Shown piece by piece: positions 63,032 to 64,000 of a stretch of DNA of 64,000 nt. Below the pieces are notes generated by a model. It had not been told where the DNA came from, made no database searches, and worked only from the letters and a program-made list of their open reading frames with translations. The DNA is from Polyangiales bacterium (GTDB taxonomy: Bacteria; Myxococcota_A; Polyangia; Polyangiales; Ga0077539), in NCBI GenBank assembly GCA_044229975.1, contig JBGARZ010000006.1, forward strand, positions 288,001 through 352,000, in the 5' to 3' direction. The position numbers and the translations under genes are program-made. The first letter of the stretch is position 1. Every line of letters begins with the position of its first letter.

Positions 63032-64000
63032 TCAGCGGACGGTCGTTGGCGTTGCGCTGTCGGTCGCCGCACCGTCCCCGAGCTGCCCCACGCTGCTGCT
63101 GCCCCAACAGCGGACCGTGCGGTCGGTGCGTCGGGCGCAGCTCGTGTCGAGCGCGAGAGCCAGCTCCGCCACGGAGGTCAACGCCACGACCGCCACCCGT
63201 GTGAGCCTCGTCTCGCGCGTTCCGTCCCCGAGCTGTCCGGCGGTGTTGTCGCCCCAGCAGCGAACGGCGCCGTCATCAAGCAGCGCGCACGAGTGCCGCC
63301 CACCGAGCGAGATGCTCGTGACGTGCGAGAGCCCGACCACCGTCACTGGCGTAGCCCGGTCGTCGCGGGTGCCGTCTCCGAGCTGTCCCGCAGAGTTGTC
63401 GCCCCAGCAGCGAACGGCACCATCGGCGAGAACCGCGCACGCGTGGGTGGCGCCGCATGCGATGCGCGTCGCGCCGGTGAGTCCGATGACCGCTGCGGGC
63501 GTCGCGAGCATCCCGACCGTCCCGACGCCCGCTTCCCCTTCTGAGTTGTAACCCCAGCAGCGCACCGTTCGGTCGGCGAGGCGGGCGCAGGGTGTGGCGC
63601 CGCCCAGCGCGAGCTCCACCGCGGGAGATACACCCGGCACCGTCGTCGGTTGATTGGTGGCGCGGAGCGTCCCGGTTCCGAGCTGTCCGAGTCGCCCGTC
63701 GCCGAGGCACTGCACGGTGCCGTCGGCAATCAATGCGCAGGTGAGGTTGGAGCCCGAGGCCACGGTCACCACGTCGCGCAAACCAGGAACGACGTCGGGA
63801 AGATCGTGACGCCCGGGACTGCCGAGCTCACCGAGGAAGTTGTAGCCCCAGCAGCGGACGGTGCCGCCTGCGAGGCGCGCGCAGCCGTGCGATTCGAGCG
63901 ACACCTGCGTCGCGCCGTCGAGCTCGGGGAAGGGGCGCGGTGAGGTCACGCGCTCGACCGTTCCGGAGGGGAAGTGCGCGCCGTTGCCGCCCCAGCAACG
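63032..64000 (-). CDS. RCC1/BLIP-II repeat protein, C-terminal part (start lies beyond the right edge)
   Basis: Repeated G..H.CA...DG.VRCWG.N..GQLGDGT.....P..V; the frame stays open to the window edge. Confidence 0.9.
   Translation of the reverse strand, partial: RCWGGNGAHFPSGTVERVTSPRPFPELDGATQVSLESHGCARLAGGTVRCWGYNFLGELGSPGRHDLPDVVPGLRDVVTVASGSNLTCALIADGTVQCLGDGRLGQLGTGTLRATNQPTTVPGVSPAVELALGGATPCARLADRTVRCWGYNSEGEAGVGTVGMLATPAAVIGLTGATRIACGATHACAVLADGAVRCWGDNSAGQLGDGTRDDRATPVTVVGLSHVTSISLGGRHSCALLDDGAVRCWGDNTAGQLGDGTRETRLTRVAVVALTSVAELALALDTSCARRTDRTVRCWGSSSVGQLGDGAATDSATPTTVR

Overview
Very GC-rich DNA whose gene content (Glt gliding-motility genes, a MYXO-CTERM protein, many Cys-rich lipoproteins) points to a myxobacterium, most likely Polyangiales-like; this is an inference. 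The left 25 kb holds a fused gliding cluster (gltC-D-E-F-G, a TPR lipoprotein, giant gltI/agmK) with a divergent cglC/gltK-like lipoprotein. Next come yraN, an unpaired glyQ, and a TraB-like OmpA/TSP3 barrel divergent from a NIDO/Cys-rich/MYXO-CTERM adhesin. The right half mixes housekeeping genes (ALDH, GH3, ribA, nth, DinB, GAF) with accessory modules. The strongest candidate for an undescribed system is a three-gene operon at 48.2-50.6 kb: a 102-aa peptide with a leader-like N-terminus and six RD(A/T)DG(T/K)D repeats, a JmjC/cupin hydroxylase, and a sucrase-ferredoxin (a RiPP-like, possibly metal-binding peptide system). Other items: a three-gene ATPase island bounded by a ~70-bp duplication of the nth upstream region, an MBL-metacaspase pair, a PD-(D/E)xK-like/TPR pair, an Rpn-family gene with an internal SD+ATG, and three REP/REPIN-like palindromes. 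No rRNA, tRNA, CRISPR array or transposase was recognised. All assignments come from motif reading by eye, not database searches.
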